64,000 bases of DNA. Source: Cyclobacteriaceae bacterium (lineage in GTDB: Bacteria; Bacteroidota; Bacteroidia; Cytophagales; Cyclobacteriaceae). Below, one piece after another: positions 19,137-29,350 of this stretch. The notes beneath the pieces are model-generated. The model was given only the letters and a program-made list of their open reading frames with translations. It did no database searches and was not told where the DNA came from. Within the stretch, counting starts at the first letter, position 1; each line of letters begins with the position of its first letter. Location of the stretch: assembly GCA_040222235.1 (NCBI GenBank), contig JAVKDO010000066.1, forward strand, positions 13,545 through 77,544, written 5' to 3'. A program made the translations under genes and the position numbers.

Positions 19137-20032
19137 GCGCTACCGCAAAAGACTATTTCGAGCTCCATTTTACGGTGCTCATTTGGGGTTTTACCGCAGT
19201 ACTGGGGTTGTTGATCACCTTGCCAGCTGTGGAGGTCGTGCTTTACCGAACTCTCATTGCATTTATTGGACTGGGCCTTTTAATCTTAATCAGAAGGGGC
19301 AGTTTTAGAATTGGGAATCGAGAGATTACTAAAATCGCAGGTACGGGGTTGTTGATCGGACTGCATTGGATTTGCTTCTTTGAGTCCGCACGTATGTCGA
19401 CTGCCTCAGTGAGCCTAGCGGGAATGGCTACAACCTCACTTTGGACGAGTCTGCTAGAGCCTGTTATGGTCAAGGGAAAGAAGCTACAATGGTTTGAGCC
19501 TGTTCTTGGTCTCATTGCGATAGCCGGGATTGTGATCATCTTCAATGTCGAGGTTCGCTATATCTGGGGGCTAGTAGTAGGCATAGTGGCGGCTCTATTG
19601 TCTGCTGTCTTTACGATTATCAATTCCAGACTGACGATCAAGCATGATCATTTTGTGATCACCTACTATGAAATGCTGAGTGCCTTTGTCGCCATTTTCT
19701 TTTTTCTATTGCTGTCAGGTAGCATGGCGGAGATGGTGCTACCGCAATCGATGGACTGGCTATGGCTCCTCATTCTTGGGTTGGTCTGTACCGTGTATGC
19801 ATACTCCATTTCTGTCAAGATCATGCGCCGACTTACACCGTTTACAGTCAATCTCACTGTGAATTTGGAGCCCATCTATGGTATCTTATTGGCCATTGTT
19901 ATTTTTGGTGAAAAGGAAGAAATGAGCCCAGGGTTTTATTGGGGTACAGGATTGATACTACTTTCAGTACTGCTGTATCCAATCATCAAAAGGTACGAGC
20001 GACGCAGGACTGCATTAGGTGCTGCGACTTGA
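19133..20032 (+). CDS. EamA/DMT-family transporter
   Basis: 299 aa, about 10 TM helices in two repeated halves. ATGA overlap with the upstream permease gene. Confidence 0.7.
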   Translation: MSATAKDYFELHFTVLIWGFTAVLGLLITLPAVEVVLYRTLIAFIGLGLLILIRRGSFRIGNREITKIAGTGLLIGLHWICFFESARMSTASVSLAGMATTSLWTSLLEPVMVKGKKLQWFEPVLGLIAIAGIVIIFNVEVRYIWGLVVGIVAALLSAVFTIINSRLTIKHDHFVITYYEMLSAFVAIFFFLLLSGSMAEMVLPQSMDWLWLLILGLVCTVYAYSISVKIMRRLTPFTVNLTVNLEPIYGILLAIVIFGEKEEMSPGFYWGTGLILLSVLLYPIIKRYERRRTALGAAT

Positions 20033-20078
20033 CCAGTGCTGTCCGCTCGTTTGGCATTTGTTCCGGTAGGAGATACTA

Positions 20079-20861
20079 CTAACCTAATGTGGTGCGCTTG
20101 TCATAGCACTGATATAAGATCACCACCTCGACCACTATGGCAGCTGACCATACAAATAGGCCTGGAAGTGCAAGTAAGAAAGTCAGGAACATCACCCCTG
20201 CAGCGATCTCCAGTATACCAGCTACTTTAGCCATATTTCCGAGTTCCTTTGTAAGCTTAAAGAGCCCAATCCCAAATACGACATCCGCCGCGCCGAACAT
20301 GACGCCTTCGCCACCTTTGATCAGCCAAAACTCCTCTTCGGTCATAAGGGAAAATAGGGATATGATATCATAGATGCCCATGATAGCTACTGTAGCAGCC
20401 ATCAGCCATGCACCGATCTTGACGACTGAGCTTTTGTACTGCTCACCAACTACCACAAAGCCCATCATGAAGAATATGAAAGAGATGACAGTAGCTAATT
20501 TGATGCTGGTATAGACCAGATTGAAGTAAAAGGGTAGGTCTTCGGTGAAACGAGTAAAGTCTGCCACTACTTCGAACACTCCTAGGATGAAATAGATAGC
20601 GCCAGCGATCCAAGCAATCTGCAGTTTGCGATTACCAGACTTCTGCTCAATACTCTTTTGTACCTGATCTATGTCGTATTCTAGTGCTGTCAGGATTGAC
20701 CTAACGGTAAAGTCCCGTGGTGTCACTTCGCCCGCTTCAATACGCTGCAGTGTGCGCACATTGATATTACACTGCTCGACCAGCTCCTCTTGTGTGAGCT
20801 TCTTGAGCTGTCTTAGGTTAAGAATTGTTTGTCCTAGTTGCGGTTGTTTGAGTTGTTCCAT
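20079..20861 (-). CDS. XRE-family helix-turn-helix domain fused to a multi-pass membrane domain
   Basis: 260 aa. N-terminal HTH (LGQTILNLRQLKKLTQEELVEQCNINVRTLQRIEAG) followed by about 5 hydrophobic helices. Confidence 0.7.
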   Translation of the reverse strand: MEQLKQPQLGQTILNLRQLKKLTQEELVEQCNINVRTLQRIEAGEVTPRDFTVRSILTALEYDIDQVQKSIEQKSGNRKLQIAWIAGAIYFILGVFEVVADFTRFTEDLPFYFNLVYTSIKLATVISFIFFMMGFVVVGEQYKSSVVKIGAWLMAATVAIMGIYDIISLFSLMTEEEFWLIKGGEGVMFGAADVVFGIGLFKLTKELGNMAKVAGILEIAAGVMFLTFLLALPGLFVWSAAIVVEVVILYQCYDKRTTLG

Positions 20862-21094
20862 TTTCTTTTTTTGACAAGACTAGGCGAAGGTCGATATCTT
20901 GGCAATACAATAGCTTGAATTAGACCTGACATTAACCCGACATTTCCCTTTAAAGGTGTTTAATCGCCGTTTTTACTACTTGTCAGCGTTTAAAAAAAGG
21001 CCAGCCGTGTGAAGTGTATATTGAGATTGCTGTGCCAAAACTATTACATGCTAGAGCACCAATCAAGTCCATTCGACAGTCATGATGGCCGGTC

Positions 21095-21988
21095 ATGCAA
21101 GCAAAACTAACATCAGAGTGGTTATTCCGTACATTCAAGTCAATGTCCGCAACAGATTATTCAAATAGGCATAGGCATTACACATCCTACCCTGTTAGTC
21201 CTGCCTTAAGCAAGTACATCGATTGTGTCTGGATGGAGCGATTCTCCCATTGCCCTGAGTTTCGAGGTAGAGATCACCTGATCGTACCCGACAATACCGT
21301 GGAACTTATTTTCACTATGCACAAAATAGAGAGGAGGTTTAATGCGGGAAGTCAAGATGCCATGATTTGTAAAAGCCACGTGGCTGGACTAAAGACGCGC
21401 CCTCAATATGTAAAAATAACAGGTGAGGTGCTCTTAGCAGTGAGATTTATGCCCCAAGGGCTGTATAGATTTACGGATATCCCCCTCACGGATACTATCG
21501 ATCAGTCTATTCCTACAGAGTATCTATTTGGAACTGACATACAGCAGCTAGAGCAGCAACTATTGGGAGCGGAGAAGCACGTTGGTCAAGTGGCACTTGT
21601 CAATGACTATTTCACTAAGAAACTTTTCAGTTCCAAAAGACAAGAAAACGAATTGTTTGACCATATCGCTCAACGTATAATTCAATCTGATGGTCGCGTG
21701 AAAATCAGAGATCTATCAACAGAACTCAACATCTCCACTAAGACCATTGAAAGAAGGTTTCAAGAGTATTTGGGCATATCACCAAAGCGGTATTGTCAGT
21801 TGATTCGTTTTTTTCAGAGCCTAAAAACTCCATTTGATCCTCGTAAGGATTGTCTTGGTTCATTGGCCTATAGCACGGGTTACTATGATCAGATGCATTT
21901 CATCAAAGATGTGAAGAAGTACACTGGACTGACCCCATCAGTATACTTCGGTATGGACAAGGGTATTCAAGGCCCTATTTTTCTTTAG
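21095..21988 (+). CDS. AraC-family transcriptional regulator
   Basis: 297 aa. C-terminal AraC HTH (ISTKTIERRFQEYLGISPKRYCQLIRF...GYYDQMHFIKDVKKYTGLTPSVY). The true start may be the internal Met at about 21143. Confidence 0.8.
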   Translation: MQAKLTSEWLFRTFKSMSATDYSNRHRHYTSYPVSPALSKYIDCVWMERFSHCPEFRGRDHLIVPDNTVELIFTMHKIERRFNAGSQDAMICKSHVAGLKTRPQYVKITGEVLLAVRFMPQGLYRFTDIPLTDTIDQSIPTEYLFGTDIQQLEQQLLGAEKHVGQVALVNDYFTKKLFSSKRQENELFDHIAQRIIQSDGRVKIRDLSTELNISTKTIERRFQEYLGISPKRYCQLIRFFQSLKTPFDPRKDCLGSLAYSTGYYDQMHFIKDVKKYTGLTPSVYFGMDKGIQGPIFL

Positions 21989-22201
21989 AAGAATATACGC
22001 TGCGGCTAAAACTGCCGGCTCCATGGACAGGGTGCCTTGTACTCACAGTCTAGGTAGGAGATACCATTAATAGTGGTAGGGAATCCTCTTAAATTCAGCC
22101 TATTGGGGACATTTAAGACGATTGATCCTTGGTGATACTTGTAGTGCACAATACCTTGAAGTGTGAATATCATAAAGAGATGATTTCAATTTTGACCAGC
22201 T

Positions 22202-24187
22202 ATGAAAAAGATAATCGTACTATGCTTATGCCTGTCCGGGTTGGACATACAGGCACAGACCAGAAAGGATCAACTTCGTCAAATCGACATTTATTTTTAT
22301 GACGAAAACTTTGAAAATGTATTAGACCTCTCGGACAAGTTAGAACAGGAATATCCAGAAGAAACTGGACACATTTATCATAAGACGATTGCCTATCATT
22401 TGCTCAATCGCGGAAGGGAGATCTCCGACTTATTGGCTTTCGAAGACTCAGAAGCAAAATCAGATAAGTTCTATAACTATTGGATGGGCAGAGTGCATAT
22501 GTCGCGTTATGAGTTAACAGAGGCGGTAAAGCATTTTCAAGCTTTTTTAGATATCAAAACCTATAAAAGTGGGGTTATCCGAGATGAGGCACGGTACCTG
22601 CTGGAGTGGGCCAAGGTAGCCGCTGATAGCTACAATGACCCTAACGACTATGAGATTGAACACCTGCCAAAAGGGATCAACACGAAGTATGAAGACTTAT
22701 CCCCGGCCTTTTTTGATGGTCATCAGGAGATTGTCTTTACGTCAAACAGACTGACAGGAAAAAATAGGAATGGGAAGTATCAAATCTTTCATGCTTCCAA
22801 AGACGATGGAAGCTGGTCTGAAGCCTCACCTCTCGAACAAATCGGAAAGTTTGATTATGAAAATGCCAAAATAGAGATCATTGAGCAGGATGCTGGCCTA
22901 TACTACTATAAAGATGACTATGATGGTAGCTTCTATGTCAGTAGTTATGATGATGAAGACGGTTGGACAGCTGGCCTTGAATTGGACGAAAAACTACGCA
23001 AGAGACATATAGAGTCTCATTTCTTTATCAATGATCAGAAGAACATGATCCTGTTTGCCCAAGGTAGTGGTGATCGACATGATTTATATCAAATGGATCT
23101 CAGAGATGGGGAGTGGTCACAGCCTTATCCAATTCCAGGTTTGATCAATGGAGAGGAGTCAGACGAAGAGAATCCATTTGTTTCACATGATGGATCTACA
23201 CTTTATTTCAGCTCCAACAGGGATGGTACGCTTGGCGGATACGACATCTTTAAGTCTGACTGGGATGAAGAGAAAAACGAGTGGAGAAGGCCTGTTAACA
23301 TGGGCTTTCCCATAAACACACTTGATGATGAAGTCAACTTCGAATTGACGCCAAGTGACCAGTCGGGCTACCTCGCTTCCAACAGGTTACACTCTCTGGG
23401 TGGCTTTGATATCTACTATTTCCATAAGGAGGCTAAGATCGTGGTTAAAGGTCTTGTTGCTGATCAAAAGTCTGGTTTACCAGTGCCGTTTGCTCAGGTC
23501 AAGTTTCATCCACAGACCTATGAAGACGAATCGTTCATTGCCTATACGGATGAGGAGGGTCGCTATGAGGCGTTGGTCTTCAATCGTGATGAATTTCATG
23601 TCGAAGTGCTCGTGGATGAGACGAAAATCTATGATGACCGATATACCAGCTATGTGCCTACTGATGCCACATTCCTCACTTTCGATTTGTCGGTAGACCT
23701 ACCGGAAAATACCAAGCAGCATACCAACTACACTGCACTCTATGAAGGAGATGATGAGGAGGAAAATGTTTCAATTGATATGATTGGGAATAAATTCCGA
23801 TCTGGAAAGAAGGCGGTCGTCAATAATATATACTTTGGCTACAGATCCTATCATTTGGAGGAGAGCTCAGCCCCAATACTTGAAGAAATACGGGCTACTC
23901 TTACCAAATATCCTTCTCTAAAAATCGAGATCGCCGGCCACACCGATAATACTGGAAATGATGAAACCAACCTCTTGTTATCACAAAAAAGGGCGGAAGC
24001 AGTCCGAACTTACCTTGTAGAGTATGGTGTGGATGGAGATCGATTAATTGCTAAGGGCTATGGGGCCAAATTGCCCTTGGCCTCTAACGATGATGAAAAA
24101 GACGGAAGAGAGCTTAATCGAAGGATCGAGATAGTGGCTTTGGAGGAGGGTAATCTTGATCCTGCTGTTGATAGTGTCGAGCAATGA
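22202..24187 (+). CDS. OmpA-family peptidoglycan-associated protein with TPR-like, TolB-like beta-propeller and carboxypeptidase-regulatory-like regions
   Basis: 661 aa with a signal peptide. Repeated PxFSxDGxxLYFSSNR-type TolB/WD40-like motifs. C-terminal OmpA motif (IEIAGHTDNTGNDETNLLLSQKRAEAVRTYL...NRRIEI). Confidence 0.8.
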   Translation: MKKIIVLCLCLSGLDIQAQTRKDQLRQIDIYFYDENFENVLDLSDKLEQEYPEETGHIYHKTIAYHLLNRGREISDLLAFEDSEAKSDKFYNYWMGRVHMSRYELTEAVKHFQAFLDIKTYKSGVIRDEARYLLEWAKVAADSYNDPNDYEIEHLPKGINTKYEDLSPAFFDGHQEIVFTSNRLTGKNRNGKYQIFHASKDDGSWSEASPLEQIGKFDYENAKIEIIEQDAGLYYYKDDYDGSFYVSSYDDEDGWTAGLELDEKLRKRHIESHFFINDQKNMILFAQGSGDRHDLYQMDLRDGEWSQPYPIPGLINGEESDEENPFVSHDGSTLYFSSNRDGTLGGYDIFKSDWDEEKNEWRRPVNMGFPINTLDDEVNFELTPSDQSGYLASNRLHSLGGFDIYYFHKEAKIVVKGLVADQKSGLPVPFAQVKFHPQTYEDESFIAYTDEEGRYEALVFNRDEFHVEVLVDETKIYDDRYTSYVPTDATFLTFDLSVDLPENTKQHTNYTALYEGDDEEENVSIDMIGNKFRSGKKAVVNNIYFGYRSYHLEESSAPILEEIRATLTKYPSLKIEIAGHTDNTGNDETNLLLSQKRAEAVRTYLVEYGVDGDRLIAKGYGAKLPLASNDDEKDGRELNRRIEIVALEEGNLDPAVDSVEQ

Positions 24188-24257
24188 AGAGCAGGCTGAA
24201 GTGAACTACTGAAGCTAGAGGCTTGCTTTCTTTCCATGAATAAGGCAACTTTCTTTT

Positions 24258-24839
24258 ATGAAAGTATCCAAGCAAGGAGTTGGAAAAATTGCAGTTGAAT
24301 TTATATCTGTAGTATTTGCAGTGTTGCTTGCACTTGGGCTAAATCACTGGCGTGAGAATAAAATCAATGAGCAGTTGGCTGCTGATTCTTATCAACGGAT
24401 ACAGAGGGAGGTTCAAGACAACATTGCTGAACTAGACTCTTCTCTGATAGAGTTTGATCGCTTTATTGAGGAAATAAAAGCAGAGCAGTCACTCTTAGAT
24501 AGTCTGGGCGACAACTATAAAGAGGTGAGTTGGTCCTACTCCCACCCCGTTCTTTCGATAGATGCTTGGAAGGCTGCTACGATTACCAATGCCGTACTTA
24601 ACATGGATCCTGATCTGGTAGAGGATTTGGCGGATGTTTATGCCGTTCAAGAGATGTATATGGAATTTGGGTTTAAGTTTTTTGATCGAGCTGCGGAAAT
24701 GGCGCGATTTCGAGATGATCCTGAAACCATGATTGAAATCATTCAGACTCATTATGCCATCTCAAAGTCAATCGCGAAGAGCTTAAGAGAAGGATACGGT
24801 GATTTTCTAGAAGAGTATCCGCTCGCGGAGAGCGAGTAG
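24258..24839 (+). CDS. Hypothetical membrane-anchored protein
   Basis: 193-aa ORF with one N-terminal TM helix (IAVEFISVVFAVLLALGL) and a helical acidic remainder. No family recognised. Confidence 0.45.
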   Translation: MKVSKQGVGKIAVEFISVVFAVLLALGLNHWRENKINEQLAADSYQRIQREVQDNIAELDSSLIEFDRFIEEIKAEQSLLDSLGDNYKEVSWSYSHPVLSIDAWKAATITNAVLNMDPDLVEDLADVYAVQEMYMEFGFKFFDRAAEMARFRDDPETMIEIIQTHYAISKSIAKSLREGYGDFLEEYPLAESE

Positions 24840-24850
24840 TCAATGTTACC

Positions 24851-25660
24851 TCAGACCAATAGTAAGGTACTAGTGCTGTAGCCATTCAGCATTTCAAGAT
24901 TCGGATCTAAGCTGAATATGCCGTACATGGTAGATCCAGAGCCAGACATACTAGCGTAATGCGCACCTTGATGATAGAGCTCTTCTTTGAGGTTTTTGAG
25001 ACTTGGGTGTAGCTTGAATGCTGATTTTTCAAAGTCATTTTTAACCGAGTCTTTCCACTCCGCGATACTTGTGCTTTCTAGTATCTCTTTCAAGTCAGCT
25101 TCGGATGGTTTAGGAATCACTCCCTCATAGGCTTCCTTCGTTCCAATATGGAGGTCAGGGTTGATAAGCACCACATATTTACCATCGAGATTAAGATTGA
25201 TAGCCTCAAAGATTTCTCCGCGCCCCTTGGCAATAACAGGCTGATTCTTGATAAAGAAAGGACAGTCACTTCCGAGCCGTAGTGCGTGAGACTCGAGTTG
25301 CTTGTCAGTCAGACCTAGCTTGAACTTTTCATTAAGCAGCTTAAGCATGAAGGCACCATCAGCCGAGCCACCCCCAAGCCCGGCACCCATAGGTATTGAC
25401 TTGAGAAGGTGAACCTTAATGGGCGGAAGGTCAAAATCTTTTTTGAGCTGCTCATAAGCCTTGACTACCAGATTAGAACTCGACTTACCAGGAATCGAGA
25501 GACCACTGCTTTCGAATGAAAATTCGTTGGCTTCTGTGATTTCTAAAGCATCACACCAGGGAACCGGATAGAAGCAGGACTCTATGTTGTGGTAGCCGTC
25601 TGCTCTCTTTGAGGTAATTCTAAGTCCTAGATTAATCTTAATATTTGGGAAAGAGATCAT
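24851..25660 (-). CDS. ispE: 4-(cytidine 5'-diphospho)-2-C-methyl-D-erythritol kinase
   Basis: 269 aa. N-terminal PNIKINLGLRI and GHMP kinase loop PMGAGLGGGSADGA. Confidence 0.9.
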   Translation of the reverse strand: MISFPNIKINLGLRITSKRADGYHNIESCFYPVPWCDALEITEANEFSFESSGLSIPGKSSSNLVVKAYEQLKKDFDLPPIKVHLLKSIPMGAGLGGGSADGAFMLKLLNEKFKLGLTDKQLESHALRLGSDCPFFIKNQPVIAKGRGEIFEAINLNLDGKYVVLINPDLHIGTKEAYEGVIPKPSEADLKEILESTSIAEWKDSVKNDFEKSAFKLHPSLKNLKEELYHQGAHYASMSGSGSTMYGIFSLDPNLEMLNGYSTSTLLLV

Positions 25661-25674
25661 CCAGACCTTGTTGT

Positions 25675-26490
25675 TTACTTCTTCCCATAAGCCTCAATGA
25701 TCTCCTCAGAGATACCAACATTGGAGAAACCACCATCATGGTACAGGTTCTGCATGGTGATCATTCTGCTAAGATCTGAAAACATAAATATGCAATAGTT
25801 AGCACAATCAACAGCAGGGGCATTTCCTAAGGGGGACATTTGATCTGCGAAACCAAAGAAGGAGTCGAATCCACTAATACCAGATCCAGCAGTGGTTGCT
25901 GTAGGAGATTGTGAAATGGTGTTAACCCTTACTTTCTTGGCTTTACCATATCGATACCCATAGCTACGTGCAATAGACTCAAGTAGCGACTTGGCCTCTG
26001 CCATATCATTGTAGAAAGGGAAAGTGCGCTGAGCTGCTATGTAGGACAAGCCGAGTACCGAACCCCACTCACTAATTGCATCTAGCTTCTCTGCGGTCTG
26101 TAGCATCTTGTGGAATGATAGACCAGAGATGTCCAGTGATTTTTGAAACCAGTCATAGTTCAAATTGCCGTACTCACGATTCTTTCGAACGTTGGGCGAC
26201 ATGCCAATAGAGTGAAGTACAAAATCCACTTTACCACCGAGTACTTCAGTCGACTTGTTGAATAAGCTTTCTAGGTCATCAGTGGAAGTGGCATCAGCGG
26301 GAATGAGTTCTGCTTCGCATTTCTCTGCAAGTTGCTGAATTCCGCCCATGCGCAATGCAATTGGGGCGTTAGTGAGCGTGAAGGTAGCACCTTCTTCTTT
26401 GGCTCGCTCTGCGACTTTCCAAGCGATTGAGTTTTCGTCTAGCGCACCTGAGATGATTCCTTTTTTTCCTTTCAGTAAGTTGAATGACAT
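25675..26490 (-). CDS. fabI: Enoyl-[acyl-carrier-protein] reductase (NADH), FabI
   Basis: 271 aa. LKGKKGIISGA...SIAW N-terminus, SDR fold, and the Y...K catalytic spacing typical of FabI. Confidence 0.9.
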   Translation of the reverse strand: MSFNLLKGKKGIISGALDENSIAWKVAERAKEEGATFTLTNAPIALRMGGIQQLAEKCEAELIPADATSTDDLESLFNKSTEVLGGKVDFVLHSIGMSPNVRKNREYGNLNYDWFQKSLDISGLSFHKMLQTAEKLDAISEWGSVLGLSYIAAQRTFPFYNDMAEAKSLLESIARSYGYRYGKAKKVRVNTISQSPTATTAGSGISGFDSFFGFADQMSPLGNAPAVDCANYCIFMFSDLSRMITMQNLYHDGGFSNVGISEEIIEAYGKK

Positions 26491-26580
26491 GTCGACTTTT
26501 GGTTTTAATTCAGATTGTAAAAGTAGTTAATGTGCTTATGGATTAGCGAATATCAATTTGTAATTAGTGACCCAGTGTTA

Positions 26581-28233
26581 CTATTGAGTGATAAGATCTC
26601 GTGCGCTCTGTACAGCACTCGTTGATGGATTGTCACCGTCGATCATCTTGGCAATTTCAAAGACGCGCTGATCCTCGTCCAGTACTTTTATCTTGCTGAT
26701 CGTGCGATCACTGGAGTTGTCCTTGTACACGAAATAGTGCTGATCTCCTTTGGCAGCAAACTGTGGCAGGTGACTAATGGCAATGACTTGATGAGCCTGG
26801 GCCATCTCCTTCATCATCGCCACCATTTTTTTGGCAATCTCGCCAGAGACTCCAGTATCTATCTCATCAAATATGATCGTCGGTAGGGCAGTCTTATCTG
26901 CCAGGATATACTTGAGACAAAACATCAACCTTGAGAACTCTCCACCAGAGGCGACTTGTCGAATATCCTGTGGAGCCACTCCTTTATTGGCACTGAAGAC
27001 GAACTGCACCGCATCCCTACCGGAACTATCCATTTCCTGATCTGCAATAGTTACTTCAAAAGTAGCTTCAGGCATTCCAAGTTTGCGAAGAAGCTCAGTG
27101 ATTTGTAGTCCCAAATTCTTTTGAACTGACTTCCGAGATTTAGACAGATGATCCGCAGCATCTTCGGCCTTGGTTTTGTTCTTATTTAGATGCGCTAACG
27201 CTTTATCAAGCTCAGTATCGATACTACTAGACTTCTCGACCTTGACTTCTAGCTCAGCCTGAATAGCTAAGAGTTCTGAGATAGTCTGTACACGATGTTT
27301 TTGCTGAAGGCTGAAAATGAGGCTGATGCGTTCTTTAACTTCCTCGATTCGCGCTGGATCATGGATCACCTTTTCCTCTATGCGATTGGTTTCATCCAAG
27401 ATGTCCTGTGTCTCGACTAGTACAGAGTGCAGTCGCTCATTCAGGCTACTATAGTGATCTCCAAATCGACTCAATTGTTGAATTAACGAGGTAGCATTGG
27501 ATAAAAGGCTCGTAGCTCCCATCTCCTCATCTCCAAGTGCGGAGACCAACTGGTTGAGCTTGAGTTTGATATCCTCGGCATTCTCTAGTTCCTGAAGCTC
27601 GTTTTCTAGTGCTTCCTGCTCGCCATCTACCAGACTAGCCTTGCTTAATTCATCATATTGAAACTGGAAAAAGTCGGCTTCTTGTCTAAGTTGATCAGCC
27701 GTGCTTTTCAGATCTGTATAAGCTCGATTAGCCTCTTTATAAGTGCTGTAGTGACCAGTATAATCACTTAATAGGTCTGGATGATTAGCAAAAATGTCTA
27801 GGACTTCCAGTTGATATTTCTGATCACCAATGTTGAGGTTGTCATGCTGTGAGTGAATATCCATTAGCCTTACACCGAGCTTCTTGAGGATATCAAGTGT
27901 CACCGGCGTGTCGTTCACAAAGGCTCTGGACTTTCCGCTAGGCGAAATTTCACGCCGAATGATTGTTTGTGCATCATAGTCTAGATCTTCGTTCTCGAAG
28001 AGGCTATTAAGCTGATAGTCAGAAATGTCAAAGGCTCCTTCAATGACACATTTTTGATCAGTATTAAAAAGCACTTTGGTATCTGCGCGATTGCCAAGGA
28101 GAAGTCCCACCGCACCTAGCATGATCGATTTTCCTGCTCCAGTCTCACCCGTAATGATATTGAGAGACGGAGATGGTGTCATCTCCAGTGTCTCAATCAA
28201 TGCGTAATTTTGGATTTTGAGTTGGCTAAGCAT
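26581..28233 (-). CDS. recN: DNA repair protein RecN
   Basis: 550 aa. MLSQLKIQNYALIE N-terminus, Walker A GETGAGKS, long coiled coil, C-terminal signature SGGEFSRLMF and Walker B IIFDEIDTG. Confidence 0.95.
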   Translation of the reverse strand: MLSQLKIQNYALIETLEMTPSPSLNIITGETGAGKSIMLGAVGLLLGNRADTKVLFNTDQKCVIEGAFDISDYQLNSLFENEDLDYDAQTIIRREISPSGKSRAFVNDTPVTLDILKKLGVRLMDIHSQHDNLNIGDQKYQLEVLDIFANHPDLLSDYTGHYSTYKEANRAYTDLKSTADQLRQEADFFQFQYDELSKASLVDGEQEALENELQELENAEDIKLKLNQLVSALGDEEMGATSLLSNATSLIQQLSRFGDHYSSLNERLHSVLVETQDILDETNRIEEKVIHDPARIEEVKERISLIFSLQQKHRVQTISELLAIQAELEVKVEKSSSIDTELDKALAHLNKNKTKAEDAADHLSKSRKSVQKNLGLQITELLRKLGMPEATFEVTIADQEMDSSGRDAVQFVFSANKGVAPQDIRQVASGGEFSRLMFCLKYILADKTALPTIIFDEIDTGVSGEIAKKMVAMMKEMAQAHQVIAISHLPQFAAKGDQHYFVYKDNSSDRTISKIKVLDEDQRVFEIAKMIDGDNPSTSAVQSARDLITQ

Positions 28234-28447
28234 TCAGTTCGAGAATGATCTCATCTACTGAATCGACATTGATATGATGCTTTCTCAGGATGAGGTCTTT
28301 AGCTTCAAAAATATTGTTTTTGAACGAAAGAAGCTGGACATGTAGCACACTTTTGTCCTTCATGACTATGGACACTTCTTGTCCCAGGAGCTGCGTGACT
28401 TGACTCGGAATCTCAGCGGTATAAATCCGCTTTTGCCTTTTTGACAT
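28226..28447 (-). CDS. Small conserved-looking hypothetical protein with an Sm/Hfq-like sequence pattern
   Basis: 73-aa ORF packed into the operon: 3 nt after the DUF4835 stop, and an 8-nt overlap with the recN start. VSIVMKDKSVLHVQLLSF...RKHHI resembles the Hfq Sm1/Sm2 motifs (see finding). Confidence 0.5.
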   Translation of the reverse strand: MSKRQKRIYTAEIPSQVTQLLGQEVSIVMKDKSVLHVQLLSFKNNIFEAKDLILRKHHINVDSVDEIILELNA

Positions 28448-28450
28448 GGT

Positions 28451-29350
28451 CTAGTTCTCGATCATCTTCTTCAAAGCTTCTGCTTTGCTAGGATCGATCT
28501 GGGTGATGATATTGTAGGCATTACGTCGCACAGTATTATTACCCTGGCTGAAGACATTGGCTAATTCGTCAGTCTTGGCATCCAAATAGGATGTAGTCAG
28601 GATTGCTCTTGGTCGGGTATTGTTAACCTGCTGCATTTTCTTGAGACCTTCTAGTATGGTGGTTCGTGCCTTTTCTGGATCGGTCTGCATCAGATCCATC
28701 CCCTGTCTATGGTAGCTGTAGATTGATTCGCGCAGCGGTTCCATTTGCTGATTGATGAGGTTTTCGCCCAACCAGTACCTGTTTCTGATTGAGCCGAATT
28801 GATTCCATCCCGCGAAACCTGACTGCTGCGCATTATTGACCACCTGCCAGGCACGCTCCATATAAGGCTGCCCTGCCATGCTTTCAAAACTATCGTAATC
28901 AAGCCCTATGATCACATATGCATAAAAGGCCAGTAACGATGTGATATTATTGTTGAAGGCATTGTCATTGTAATTTAGCGGCTGTGAAGGTGCGTACTCA
29001 AAAGTCCAGTCACGATCTCCAAAATTGAGTAGGATCGACTCATAGTTGCTTTCATAAACTGGTCGTGCCGAGAGTATCTGCACTGATGCCTCAAAATTAC
29101 TAATAGTAGGCATTGAGGAGATATTGATGATCAGATTACAATTGATTCTCTCATCGTTCTCGAAATTGTCCTCCGTCCACTTCCGATCGTTGAGGAACTG
29201 AGCAAATGCAATCTCCATCTCATCGAAAATGTCCCGCTCAGTACTTTGTACTTGCTGAGCATCTATGATCACGCGACAGTTCAGTTCTTGACTGAGACCG
29301 ATGACAGTCGTGATTACTACCGTAAAAATGGTGAGTCCGAATCTTCTCAT
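28451..29350 (-). CDS. DUF4835-family protein (the Bacteroidota-specific family some annotations call T9SS-associated PorD)
   Basis: 299 aa with a signal/anchor. Its conserved position between coaBC and recN is typical of Bacteroidota. The family call is from memory of this synteny and of sequence features. Confidence 0.6.
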   Translation of the reverse strand: MRRFGLTIFTVVITTVIGLSQELNCRVIIDAQQVQSTERDIFDEMEIAFAQFLNDRKWTEDNFENDERINCNLIINISSMPTISNFEASVQILSARPVYESNYESILLNFGDRDWTFEYAPSQPLNYNDNAFNNNITSLLAFYAYVIIGLDYDSFESMAGQPYMERAWQVVNNAQQSGFAGWNQFGSIRNRYWLGENLINQQMEPLRESIYSYHRQGMDLMQTDPEKARTTILEGLKKMQQVNNTRPRAILTTSYLDAKTDELANVFSQGNNTVRRNAYNIITQIDPSKAEALKKMIEN

